64,000 nucleotides of DNA from a bacterium (GCA_030646995.1 JAUSKF010000002.1:12092-76091), one strand, 5' to 3'. Counted from the first letter of the stretch, positions 1 through 8,988 are shown. Numbers and translations are program-made. Notes: a model not told the origin generated them from the letters alone.

Positions 1-187
1 GGTAGTTGCGGGAGTGGCTCAAGCATTGATAGATTTCGTGTTTCGTGTGCATTTTATGGAGCCGCTCTATCATATCGGAGAATTTAGCCTTGGAACTGCG
101 GTGGCGCTGGTTTTAGTAACTTCGATTATTGGTTATATTTTCGGCTGGTTGATTGGGACGGTTTGGAATAGGATTTACCGGTCTTAA
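1..187 (+). CDS. 3' end of small membrane protein (partial, DUF5676-like)
   Basis: Frame 2 reads VVAGVAQALIDFVFRVHFMEP...IGYIFGWLIGTVWNRIYRS*, stop TAA 185-187, followed by a terminator. Confidence 0.7.
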   Translation, partial: VVAGVAQALIDFVFRVHFMEPLYHIGEFSLGTAVALVLVTSIIGYIFGWLIGTVWNRIYRS

Positions 188-189
188 AT

Positions 190-228
190 AAAAAACCGCC
201 CCTGCGCATTAGGGGCGGTTTTTTATTT
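190..228 (+). terminator. Rho-independent terminator (A/T tracts on both sides)
   Basis: AAAAAACCGCCCCT-GCGCATT-AGGGGCGGTTTTTTATTT. Confidence 0.85.
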
Positions 229-299
229 GAAGAGTGGGGTGTTTGTGATAGCATCTTAAGCAGTTCTTACTATGAACCCAATCATAAATAGGAGGCTGG

Positions 300-1562
300 A
301 TGACATTTCTCTGGTGCCTGCTTTTACTGCTGATTATCGCTCAATTGGCCGTGATTCCGTTCTGGCCGAGGATTGTACGGAAAGTAATTCGTCGCAGGCC
401 AGCCTCGTCGAGTCTAGGCGGGCCGACGCGGAAATTCTGGAATTTGGTTTTGAATGCCTCAATTTACGGAGTAGTGCTATTTTTTACCTTGATTCCGTTT
501 ATTCGGGTAAGTCTGATTATCGCTGTAGAATCGGCGGTTGTTGATAAAAAAGAGGCGCCTAGTGTGTATTTTAGCCATGAAAGCGAACGGTTTGTGGACA
601 TCCGCGGGCAGATTCATGTGCATTGTTATCTTTCACATGATTCAAAGGGAACTCTGGAGGAAATTACCGACGCTGCAGTAAAAAACGGTGTGCGCTGGAT
701 CATTCTCACCGACCACATCAGTAGGCTGCCCCCCGGCGATTACCCGGATCAACTTAACGGAGTTCTGTTGGTTTACGGATGTGAGCGGAATTATCTCGAA
801 GGAACTTCGGTCTTCCGAGCTTCGTTGAAAGATCAGAAAGAAACGCTTTACCTGCATGGACACGTCGAGAGTTTCAGCGGAGCCGCGGATTCAAAATGGA
901 TTTACCAAAAAGAGGATAAGGATCCGGTAATCCATTGGGACGCTCTAGAAGTGGTGAATTTTCACGCCAACGCGTTGGATAACAAGTTGGGTATTCTAGG
1001 CTCGGTATTTTTTTACCCAACTAGTTTGTACAACAATATCACCACTCTGATTCCCAGAAATTTTGACTATTGGCAGAAGCTGGCGGAGCGTGAAGGTCGG
1101 CCCATCCCAATTTTCGGAGCCCCCGACGCGCATCAGAACATAAAAATTCTGGGTGTGCAGGTTGATCCCTACGAGCTGACTCTCGGCCTCATCTCGACTC
1201 ACATCTGGATAGAGAAAGATGGCGAATTGAATCAAGATACTATTTTCGAAGCAATTAAAAAGGGGCGCAGCTACATTGCCTTTGATTATCTCGGGGATCC
1301 GACCGGATTTAAATTTTACGCGGAATCTCTGAAGAGTCGGTGTATGACTGGAGAATCAATGTCGGCGCCGAAATATCTTAGTGTTTGGGCGCCCGGCGAA
1401 GACTCATATGTCAAAACAAAATTCTATCGGGACAATGTATTTGTTGGTGAAGTGTCCGGTGGTCTGGCTTATATGCTCGATCCTCAGCCGGGATTTTGGC
1501 GTGTGGAGCTTTGGAAAGATGACCGCCCGTGGATTATCAGCGGGCAAATCCTTGTTAAGTAA
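300..1562 (+). CDS. Membrane-anchored PHP-domain metallohydrolase (CehA/McbA-like)
   Basis: HVHCYLSHDS, ILTDH, EVVN, PDAH metal motifs; two N-terminal TM segments; AGGAGG RBS at 291. Confidence 0.8.
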   Translation: MTFLWCLLLLLIIAQLAVIPFWPRIVRKVIRRRPASSSLGGPTRKFWNLVLNASIYGVVLFFTLIPFIRVSLIIAVESAVVDKKEAPSVYFSHESERFVDIRGQIHVHCYLSHDSKGTLEEITDAAVKNGVRWIILTDHISRLPPGDYPDQLNGVLLVYGCERNYLEGTSVFRASLKDQKETLYLHGHVESFSGAADSKWIYQKEDKDPVIHWDALEVVNFHANALDNKLGILGSVFFYPTSLYNNITTLIPRNFDYWQKLAEREGRPIPIFGAPDAHQNIKILGVQVDPYELTLGLISTHIWIEKDGELNQDTIFEAIKKGRSYIAFDYLGDPTGFKFYAESLKSRCMTGESMSAPKYLSVWAPGEDSYVKTKFYRDNVFVGEVSGGLAYMLDPQPGFWRVELWKDDRPWIISGQILVK

Positions 1563-1624
1563 CCTCGACATTGTCGGGGTTTTTTATTACTCTATCTGCG
1601 TACTTTGAAAAAAGAGGAGGTAGG

Positions 1625-3430
1625 ATGAAGCGCTGGCTGAAGCGATTGGCGATTCCGGTTGCAGCACTTTTGGCGTTCGCCGGCGTGTATTACGCCGCGA
1701 ATTACAATACTGCCCGATACAATTTTGCGGTAGTGCAAGAAGGAAAGATTTACCGTTCCGGTTTGCCGGATGAAGCCTTTCTTGCCGAGATGGTTGAAAA
1801 AAGGAAAATCAAAACCATTATCAGTTTTTTGGGACGGCCGACAGATGACGAAAAAAAGCTTATTGAAACTCATGGAATCCGGGTTGTGAATATAAAAATG
1901 TATGTATCCAGAGATCCGACTGATGAGCAGATTGAACAGTTCCTTACATTAGTCAGCGACCCTGCAAATCAGCCGGTGCTGGTTCATTGCCGGGGCGGCG
2001 CGGACCGGACCGGTCTGATGATCGCTCTCAAGCGAGTACTGCATGACGGCTGGAGCTTGGAAGCGGCGGAAAAAGAGATGAGTTTCTACCGAAATCTTCC
2101 GCTGTTCACGCCGATGCCGCAGAGGAAACTCCGGCAGTACGTTTTGGAAAAATCGGTCGTGGATAAGCGCTGCGCCTACTCTAACAAGTCGGTGGGCAGT
2201 TTCCGGGCGGCGGCCGACAAAGAAGTGATCACACCGATCGGTCAGACGAATCTTGCGGGATTTTCTCCAAAGCGGCTGTCGCTGGGGGTTCATGATGATC
2301 TTTACGCGCGTTGCTTGATTTTGGAATGTCCTCACGGAGAAAAATTGGCGATTGTTTCACTGGATCTGGTGGGCTTCCTTCGTTATGACGTTCTAAAAGT
2401 TCGCGAAGAGCTTAGGAAAAAAGGAGTAATCCATCCGGATTCTTTGATTATTGTTTCCACTCATCAGCATGCCGGTCCGGATCCTATCGGAGTTTGGGGA
2501 AGATCTATTCCATTCGCCCCGCATCTATCAGGTTCCGGACGAGACGAAGAGTATCTTGCCTCGGTGCGCGCAAAGATCGTAAACCTCGTTGAGCGCTCAA
2601 CGAAGAAGCTGGAGAAAGCCGAGTTGTCGGTGATCCAAGCATCGGGCAAGGGATATTCCAAAAACGTTCGGATCAACGAAGATTTGGACACCTCACTAAT
2701 GGCTCTAGTAGCAAAGGGCGATAAGGGAGTGATCGGCACATTGGTGAACTTTGGAGTTCATCCGGAAACCTATCGGGACAAAAATCAGGTGATTACGGCC
2801 GATTTTCCGGGAGTGCTGGTTCAGAAAATGGAGGCCGAATTCGGTGGTACGTCGCTTTTCGTGAACGGACTCTGCGGAGCGATGGTTTCGGTCCGTACGA
2901 ACGACCTCAAGATCGAAAACCCGACCTATGAACAGCGCGCGGAAGCAGTGGGCGCCGGCTTGACCAAGCGTCTAGTTGAAGAAGCGATTAGCGTAAAACC
3001 GATTGATTGTTCCGGAGGATGTTTGCGGATTCGGAAAAAGCTGGTCAAGATCCCGCTGACTAATTTCGTGTTTCAGGAATGCGTGAAGTTGGGTGTCTTG
3101 CCGCACAACCGCGATACGATGACCGAAAAACAGGAAGCGATCACCGAAGTCGGGATCATCGACATTGGTGATCTGCGGATCCTGTTGGTACCCGGAGAGA
3201 TGCAGCCCGGATTCGGACTGAAGATCAAAGAGATGACCGGCGCCGATATGGTTTTTGGTCTCGCCAACGACGAGATTGGCTATATCATCGCCACTGAAGA
3301 GTTCTATCGGGTAATCGATCATCCCAAAAAAGGAAAAGTGGACGTTTACGCTTACGAGCGGACGATGTCGCTCGGTGAAGAAACCGGAAATAAGATATAC
3401 GAAGCATTCAAACAACTGGTAACCGAATAG
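1625..3430 (+). CDS. Fusion: Cys-dependent (dual-specificity/tyrosine) phosphatase + neutral ceramidase-like hydrolase
   Basis: IYRSG and VLVHCRGGADRTG (CX5R); then HDDLYAR, STHQHAGPD, NFGVHPE, PGE, GLANDEIGY, YE motifs; GAGGAGG RBS before ATG 1625. Confidence 0.8.
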   Translation: MKRWLKRLAIPVAALLAFAGVYYAANYNTARYNFAVVQEGKIYRSGLPDEAFLAEMVEKRKIKTIISFLGRPTDDEKKLIETHGIRVVNIKMYVSRDPTDEQIEQFLTLVSDPANQPVLVHCRGGADRTGLMIALKRVLHDGWSLEAAEKEMSFYRNLPLFTPMPQRKLRQYVLEKSVVDKRCAYSNKSVGSFRAAADKEVITPIGQTNLAGFSPKRLSLGVHDDLYARCLILECPHGEKLAIVSLDLVGFLRYDVLKVREELRKKGVIHPDSLIIVSTHQHAGPDPIGVWGRSIPFAPHLSGSGRDEEYLASVRAKIVNLVERSTKKLEKAELSVIQASGKGYSKNVRINEDLDTSLMALVAKGDKGVIGTLVNFGVHPETYRDKNQVITADFPGVLVQKMEAEFGGTSLFVNGLCGAMVSVRTNDLKIENPTYEQRAEAVGAGLTKRLVEEAISVKPIDCSGGCLRIRKKLVKIPLTNFVFQECVKLGVLPHNRDTMTEKQEAITEVGIIDIGDLRILLVPGEMQPGFGLKIKEMTGADMVFGLANDEIGYIIATEEFYRVIDHPKKGKVDVYAYERTMSLGEETGNKIYEAFKQLVTE

Positions 3431-3489
3431 GTTGCCAGTTTTTTATTTTTTCTGTATTGTATGGGGCAGAACGTTGAAAGGAACAAACG

Positions 3490-4341
3490 ATGAACATCTT
3501 CGGAGTCGCCGTGGAAGCGGTGTACGGCCTGATTTTAATGGTGATCGTTGCCGCTTTTGTGTTGGGTTGGAAGCCTAAATTTTCTCCAAAAAAATTCCAG
3601 CTCATTAGCGGAATTTTGATAGTGAGCAATCTTGTTCTCTTGGCTATTCTCAAAGAACAGGGAATGTACAATAGGACGTTTGCCTACTTGCTGGTCCCTC
3701 TCTTTTTGATCGGCATCGGCTACAAGCCGTTTTCAAACAAGCTGATGGTTTTTCTCGCTGGCTGGATGTGGCTTTGCCTTGAATTAGGGGTGGTGTATAG
3801 CAATTACGTCACCATGCTTTCGCTGGCGGTCATCCTGATTCCGGCTTTTCAATACTGGCGAAACTCCAAAGAAGAAGGATTCATCCGGACTAAAACCGCA
3901 GATTGGAGATTGATGCTAAACGTCTTCTTCTTTTTCCTAATCTCTACCTTCCTGGTGGCGGCAGCCGGCTGGGAAAGCGTGATGGTCGCCCAGTATCCCG
4001 GCAAACTCAAATGGATACCGCTGATTAGCATTATTCCGTTTTTCCTGGTGAAGGCGATTCCTGAAGAACTTGTTTTTCGTGGAATTTTTCAGGGAACGCT
4101 GAAAGACAAGTTCGGTTTCATCCCGGCCTTGATCGGTGCCTCGATGATTTACGGAATCGCTGCTATCAATAACCCGGCCGTTTGGGCTTTTCCCAACTGG
4201 CATGCAATGGTGAACGCGCTAGTCTTGGGGTTGGTCTGCGGATTCGTCTACAACAAAACTAAATCATTAGCTGTTTCGGGAGCGCTGAATGCTTCCGTTA
4301 GCTTTCTCTGGTGGATGTTGTTCGCGAACGGAGGACACTAA
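3490..4341 (+). CDS. CPBP (CAAX/Abi) intramembrane metalloprotease-like protein
   Basis: Multi-TM; PEELVFRG; the usual His motifs are replaced (YGIAAIN, GALN). Confidence 0.7.
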   Translation: MNIFGVAVEAVYGLILMVIVAAFVLGWKPKFSPKKFQLISGILIVSNLVLLAILKEQGMYNRTFAYLLVPLFLIGIGYKPFSNKLMVFLAGWMWLCLELGVVYSNYVTMLSLAVILIPAFQYWRNSKEEGFIRTKTADWRLMLNVFFFFLISTFLVAAAGWESVMVAQYPGKLKWIPLISIIPFFLVKAIPEELVFRGIFQGTLKDKFGFIPALIGASMIYGIAAINNPAVWAFPNWHAMVNALVLGLVCGFVYNKTKSLAVSGALNASVSFLWWMLFANGGH

Positions 4342-5051
4342 TGAATAGGGTAAAATCCTGGGCGATAGCTGAAGTGGTTACTATTTTTGCGTTAGTGATG
4401 GTGGCCATCTGGTTTTTCCAAGAAAACTACGTCCCTTTTGTTGTGATACTAATCGCAATCGCGGGAGTGATGATTGTTAGTTCTGCGGTGCGGATGCGTG
4501 GCGTTAAAGTCGGGGACTATACTGAAACGCTCGGGCTTGGTTGCTTGGAGAAGAACGAGGATGGCCGCAATTACTTAAAGCTGGATTGCAGTTGGATCTG
4601 GAAGCTGGCGCTCCTGGCACTGCTCGGACTGACACTGATCCTGATCGCCGGATACTTCTTTAGGCCGGAGTTCTGGCTAGAGAGAAAATTCTGGCGAAAA
4701 ACGTTTTCCGGTGTTCAGGGCTATATTGTTTGGGGAGTGATCCAGCAATTTGTTCTGCACGCCGGAGTAACAAGCAGACTCTACTCGATCTTTGTTAAAA
4801 GTCCTGACCCGAAAAACTTTGAGAGAAGAGCCGCCCTGCTCACCGCCTTGGTGTCCGGAGTTCTGTTCTTTCTAGCGCACACTCCGAATCCAAAGCTGAT
4901 GATCGTGACTCCGATTGCCGGAGCAGCCACGGCTTACGTTTTTCTGAACTGCCGCAATGTCTGGATATTGGGCATCGCGCATGGGATTCTGGGAACGGCT
5001 GTCGAGCATTGTTTGCCCCTGAACATCAATGTCGGTCCTAATTATTGGTAG
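4341..5051 (+). CDS. CPBP (CAAX/Abi)-like membrane protein
   Basis: Multi-TM; QQ in place of EE, FFLAH and GIAHG motifs; ATG overlaps the upstream TAA. Confidence 0.65.
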   Translation: MNRVKSWAIAEVVTIFALVMVAIWFFQENYVPFVVILIAIAGVMIVSSAVRMRGVKVGDYTETLGLGCLEKNEDGRNYLKLDCSWIWKLALLALLGLTLILIAGYFFRPEFWLERKFWRKTFSGVQGYIVWGVIQQFVLHAGVTSRLYSIFVKSPDPKNFERRAALLTALVSGVLFFLAHTPNPKLMIVTPIAGAATAYVFLNCRNVWILGIAHGILGTAVEHCLPLNINVGPNYW

Positions 5052-5093
5052 AAGCCCCGAGAAATCGGGGCTTTTTGTTATAATCAAAATATT

Positions 5094-5498
5094 ATGTCGG
5101 TGATGTTGCTGAAAATATTTGTTGTAGCTTTTTTAATCAATGTGATCTGGGAATTTTCCCATTGCTGGCTTTATGCAACCATTCAGAAAATGAAAGGAGA
5201 GGATATCGTGAAGTTACTTTTGAAAATGTCCGTTAAAGACGGGGTTTGGATATCAATATTTTATTTAATTACCTATGCGGTATTTCAGAATCTGAATCCT
5301 TGGGATAACTGGATGCAGGTGGCCATTTTTGCAGTGATCGCTCTGATGTTTGCTTTCATTGATGAAAAGATTTCCGTGACTATGGGCCGTTGGGAATATG
5401 GTCCGAAGATGCCGCTAGTTTATGGTGTCGGCCTTACTCCGCTCTTAGAATTGGCCGTGACCGGTCTATTGACTTTTTGGGTCGTGACCAGCTTTTAA
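5094..5498 (+). CDS. Hypothetical membrane protein
   Basis: 134-aa ORF with ~4 TM segments, NVIWE and RWEY..MP motifs. Confidence 0.7.
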   Translation: MSVMLLKIFVVAFLINVIWEFSHCWLYATIQKMKGEDIVKLLLKMSVKDGVWISIFYLITYAVFQNLNPWDNWMQVAIFAVIALMFAFIDEKISVTMGRWEYGPKMPLVYGVGLTPLLELAVTGLLTFWVVTSF

Positions 5499-5501
5499 TT
5501 T

Positions 5502-5582
5502 TTACCTACTGCTCCAAATTTTCAATTCGAAGAAGCAGAAAATTTGGTTAGCAGTAGCAATCCCGAGCGTAGCGAGGGACTA
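5502..5582. repeat. 81-bp structured dispersed element, family 1, copy A
   Basis: TTACCTACTGCT..AAATTTTC-AATTC..AGAAG..-GAAAATTT..AGCAGTAG-CAATCCCGAGCGTAGCGAGGGACTA; similar to 40152, 47257, 57947. Confidence 0.9.
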
Positions 5583-5825
5583 CCTACTCTCGATTAGCTT
5601 TAATTTCTTTTCCCTGTTCCATCCCTTTATCTCCATTTCCCTTTTTAATGCCGAGCCGCGAGTTTTACGTTTCTCCGTGTAAAGAATTTTTACAATGCGT
5701 TTTGCTCTTGTGTACTTCGCGCCGATGCCGGCTTTGTGTTCGGCAAAGCGGCGTTTAACATCGGTCGTGATTCCGGTATAAAGACTTTTGTCGGCGCAAA
5801 GCGCCATATATACAAACCAGGTCAT
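5580..5825 (-). CDS. Small GIY-YIG nuclease (YazA/YhbQ-like)
   Basis: WFVYM..C.D.SLYTGITTD..RRF.EH..G.GAKYT, ALKREMEIK. Confidence 0.9.
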   Translation of the reverse strand: MTWFVYMALCADKSLYTGITTDVKRRFAEHKAGIGAKYTRAKRIVKILYTEKRKTRGSALKREMEIKGWNREKKLKLIESR

Positions 5826-5858
5826 ATTGAATTAAGCATACCGTAAAAGTAAGATTAT

Positions 5859-6329
5859 ATGATGGATATACGAACACTGGATCAAGGTGACGTCATCGAG
5901 CTCTCTAGACTTGTGGGCGAGGTAGCTAATTATCATCACGAGATAGATCCGGTTTATAAATCTCATAATCAGTATTCCGGTCTGAAAGAAATGGTTGAAG
6001 GCTGGCTGACGGATGCCGACACTTTAGTTTTACTGGCGGAAGAAAATAAGAAATTAATCGGATATATCCGCATCGGAGTAGAGCCGGCGCCGGAGTATTC
6101 TACAGAAAAGAAAATTGGAATGGTCTATGACGCTTTCATTGAAGAAGAAAGCCGGAGGCAGGGGATTGCCGAACTTCTTTTTCAAAGATCGCTGGAGTGG
6201 TTTGCAAAAAAAGGAGTAGAGAACATAGAGCTGAACGTGGACGCCCGCAATAGTGGGGCAATCGAATTTTGGCGCCAGCTAGACTTCGCTGATTATAAAA
6301 TCCGGATGCGCCGCCCCCTCGATCTCTAG
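5859..6329 (+). CDS. GNAT N-acetyltransferase
   Basis: RRQGIA acetyl-CoA motif, N..A..FW. Confidence 0.85.
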   Translation: MMDIRTLDQGDVIELSRLVGEVANYHHEIDPVYKSHNQYSGLKEMVEGWLTDADTLVLLAEENKKLIGYIRIGVEPAPEYSTEKKIGMVYDAFIEEESRRQGIAELLFQRSLEWFAKKGVENIELNVDARNSGAIEFWRQLDFADYKIRMRRPLDL

Positions 6330-6350
6330 GTTTTGATTTTTTTGCATAAC

Positions 6351-6490
6351 CAAAGCGTAGGGAATAGTTTCGAGGAACATGCCGGAGCCCCGACGGCTTG
6401 GTCTTAATAGCCTCGGGGCGAGGGAGAGGCGAAATTGTTCGCTGGAAACAATTTACGCCGTTTCCGAGGGGCTATTCCCGGAGTCCTTGA
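6351..6490 (+). ncRNA. Multi-stem structured element, family 2, copy 1 (unknown ncRNA or mobile element)
   Basis: Near-identical to 34826-34984; outer stem GGAATAGTTTC/GGGGCTATTCC with T-G wobbles, plus inner hairpins. Confidence 0.65.
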
Positions 6491-6550
6491 TTTATAGGTG
6501 ATTTTTTGTTATTTTAATTATCGGCACATACAGAGAAGGAGGAGGCAGTG

Positions 6551-6772
6551 ATGGAAAACTTCGAAAAAGAGAATCCCGAAAAGAAGGATCGCTGTGTTGA
6601 TTGTGGTGGCAAGGACGGTGTAGAGAAGCTCTCTGGCAAGACTGTTCCCGCTGGCAGGGAGGTACCGGTTTGTAGGATCTGCAAGGAGTCGCGCGCCGTG
6701 TTCTATCAGAAGAATGAAGTTCCGAAGCCTCTGCCGCAAAATCCCGATGGTCCGAATCGACGCTGTTGTTGA
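6551..6772 (+). CDS. Small hypothetical protein with two CxxC pairs (zinc-ribbon-like)
   Basis: CVDC...CRIC; strong AAGGAGGAGG RBS. Confidence 0.6.
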   Translation: MENFEKENPEKKDRCVDCGGKDGVEKLSGKTVPAGREVPVCRICKESRAVFYQKNEVPKPLPQNPDGPNRRCC

Positions 6773-6828
6773 AAAATAAGCTGACAAATAAAATACTCCC
6801 ATTTCTGGGAGCCTTTTTTATTTAGTGG

Positions 6829-7185
6829 TTATTGCTTGGGGGGTTCGGGAGGGGAATCTTCGGATGCATTATCCGTCATTCCAATAATTCTCTTATACCA
6901 CTGGTCATACTTTTCACGCTCCAGATTGGAGGCATCGGCGGGCAGGCGGTAGAGCGTTACCGCAACAAAGTGTTGAGGCTTTTCGCTATTCCAATGACCA
7001 ACGGTCGAAATTTGGTAGCTTACCGGAAACCCAACGTCTTCAGCATGCTTCTTGGCACACAAGCCTTGCAACCAGGCCTCTGATCGTTTGGTGGGGTCGT
7101 GTGTGTTCAAATATTCTTCAAGGCAATTTTTCATTACCTGCGCCCATAGGGACGCGTCCTTGTAGCTGTCGCCGTCGGTTTTCAT
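6829..7185 (-). CDS. Hypothetical protein
   Basis: 118-aa ORF converging on a terminator at ~6793-6820. Confidence 0.55.
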   Translation of the reverse strand: MKTDGDSYKDASLWAQVMKNCLEEYLNTHDPTKRSEAWLQGLCAKKHAEDVGFPVSYQISTVGHWNSEKPQHFVAVTLYRLPADASNLEREKYDQWYKRIIGMTDNASEDSPPEPPKQ

Positions 7186-7316
7186 GAGAGTTCCCTTAGA
7201 TGTTCTGCATTTAGACTAACGGATTTTAAAATAATTTACTAACCCGTAATATTCTATTTGTTTTTGGTTGCGCAGCTCTTGGCTAGCCCGCAAACTTTCT
7301 ATAAACTATTTGAATA

Positions 7317-7541
7317 ATGAAGATTGTAGTTACGGCAAAACCAGGGGCAAGAAAAGAGCGGGTAGAGAAAATTTCAGAGACTGAATATATTGTTGCGGTC
7401 AGAGAGCTTCCGGTAGACGGTAAGGCTAATGCCGCAATTTTGGCCGCGCTGGCCGCTTATTTTAAAGTTTCCCGCGCCAATGTCCGGATAGTCATAGGGC
7501 ATACGACTAAAAAAAAGATTATAGGCATAACCGGCATTTAG
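7317..7541 (+). CDS. DUF167 (YggU/UPF0235) family protein
   Basis: V.AKPGA, PVDGKAN, GHTTKKK. Confidence 0.85.
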   Translation: MKIVVTAKPGARKERVEKISETEYIVAVRELPVDGKANAAILAALAAYFKVSRANVRIVIGHTTKKKIIGITGI

Positions 7542-7578
7542 TGGTATTTTCGTATTAGTAGTTTGAAAGGAGGCGCGA

Positions 7579-8058
7579 TTGAACCGGACTACGGCAAAGT
7601 ACTGGACTAAGAAGGACAGAAAAGCGGTAAAACGCGCGAAAAGTTTCAAGTCACTAGCGAGGATTGCAATCCGCATCATCCGGAGAATGCCGCAACCGGT
7701 CGTCCAGGTTTGCGGACCAATTACCACGGGAGGCGTGGGAACGGTGGCGGGAAATATCGAAATTTTCAAACAGGCCATTAAAAAAGTGCAGAGGTCGGGG
7801 AAAAGCGTTTTTGACCAGCTGCCGTTTGAAAAACCGATTTGGAAAATTATGAAAGATTTTCCACGCAGGTGGGGCAGGCCGAACAAAAAAGACTGCCAAC
7901 TGTTGGATGAATTCTATGGGACTATTTTCCGCTCCGGAGTATTGAAAGAATTGCACTTCATACCTGGTTGGGAATATTCCTTCGGCGCCTGCTGGGAATA
8001 TGGCCTTGGTAATGAGTTGGGGTTAAAGATTGTCACGTTGATTGACAATGTTCGATGA
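7579..8058 (+). CDS. Hypothetical protein, nucleoside deoxyribosyltransferase-like fold (DUF4406-like)
   Basis: VCGPITTGG ... PGWEYSFGACWE; AAGGAGG RBS before TTG. Confidence 0.55.
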   Translation: MNRTTAKYWTKKDRKAVKRAKSFKSLARIAIRIIRRMPQPVVQVCGPITTGGVGTVAGNIEIFKQAIKKVQRSGKSVFDQLPFEKPIWKIMKDFPRRWGRPNKKDCQLLDEFYGTIFRSGVLKELHFIPGWEYSFGACWEYGLGNELGLKIVTLIDNVR

Positions 8059-8437
8059 TTCTTGCAAAATGCTAATCAGAATATTAAGGAGCGGCCAGAT
8101 GAAAGTCATTCCTGCCATGGATTACCCGATTCGGCCGGAAGATATCGACACCGAGCGCTCTTTTCAGAATGCTTTCGGGCATTTTGAAGCAGAAGAAACA
8201 GCCAGAGCGATTGTGCGCTTTTTTCAGCGGGAAGGAGATTGGGGTCCGTTTACCCGCGCTGACGTAATCGAATTTGCTCCCACGGAACTGTGGCCTGTTA
8301 CCCAGCTGATCAAAGGTCCGCACGCCCTCGGTGCGAAATTTATTGAGCGGGATGAATGCGACGAAAAGGTCCATTATGTGACCGGCCAATTCATTGAGCG
8401 TTGCCATCAGGCTTCGCCCGCCGACAAAAGAGTCTAA
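8048..8437 (+). CDS. Hypothetical protein
   Basis: ORF overlapping the previous stop, followed by a terminator at 8471-8500. Confidence 0.55.
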   Translation: MFDDSCKMLIRILRSGQMKVIPAMDYPIRPEDIDTERSFQNAFGHFEAEETARAIVRFFQREGDWGPFTRADVIEFAPTELWPVTQLIKGPHALGAKFIERDECDEKVHYVTGQFIERCHQASPADKRV

Positions 8438-8514
8438 AAACAAAATCTCCCCCAGCCCCCTATTCCCTCATAAATCTCTGCAGCGATGCGGAGATTTTTT
8501 ATTTAGTACGAGGC

Positions 8515-8691
8515 TTTTCGGAATGAAGATGTAGACTCTACTTCCATTCCGAAAAACGAAGTAATAAATAAAAAAGATTGCATCCCTCCGGGTTGTGGTT
8601 AAAATTCTTTATTTCTATGTCGTAGAACAATGGGCATAGAGTCTATGCCTCAATATTCTCCTCCTCGAAATAAAGAATTTTACCTCACAAC
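8515..8691. repeat. Two adjacent long hairpin elements with TAGA-N-TCTA apex
   Basis: TTTTCGGAATG..GTAGACTCTAC..CATTCCGAAAA (8515-8555); 16-bp perfect IR 8600-8615/8667-8682 enclosing GGCATAGAGTCTATGCC. Confidence 0.75.
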
Positions 8692-8751
8692 GCTGCGAGA
8701 GCTTATGTGGGAATAGGGGGCCTATCGGGGAGATTTTATTTACCAACTAAC

Positions 8752-8988
8752 CTAGCAGCACTTTCCGCTGTTGGGTTGGCAGCCATCGCAACACTTGCAC
8801 ATTCCCTTGGTCATTTTGGTGACTCCAGCCAAGATTACGATAATCGGCCAGCCAATTTTTACCATTTCGCTAGAAACTACACCCAAAGCTCCCAAGAGAA
8901 AAAGCATACCGAATAGAATCATCCAGATTGCTTTCATGTTGTGGTGGACGCATTTGCAACGCCCGCCTTGTACTATTTCTCCTTCCAT
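8752..8988 (-). CDS. Small Cys-rich two-TM membrane protein
   Basis: CKCVHH - two TMs (GWP motif) - CKCC..C....CC. Confidence 0.7.
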   Translation of the reverse strand: MEGEIVQGGRCKCVHHNMKAIWMILFGMLFLLGALGVVSSEMVKIGWPIIVILAGVTKMTKGMCKCCDGCQPNSGKCC

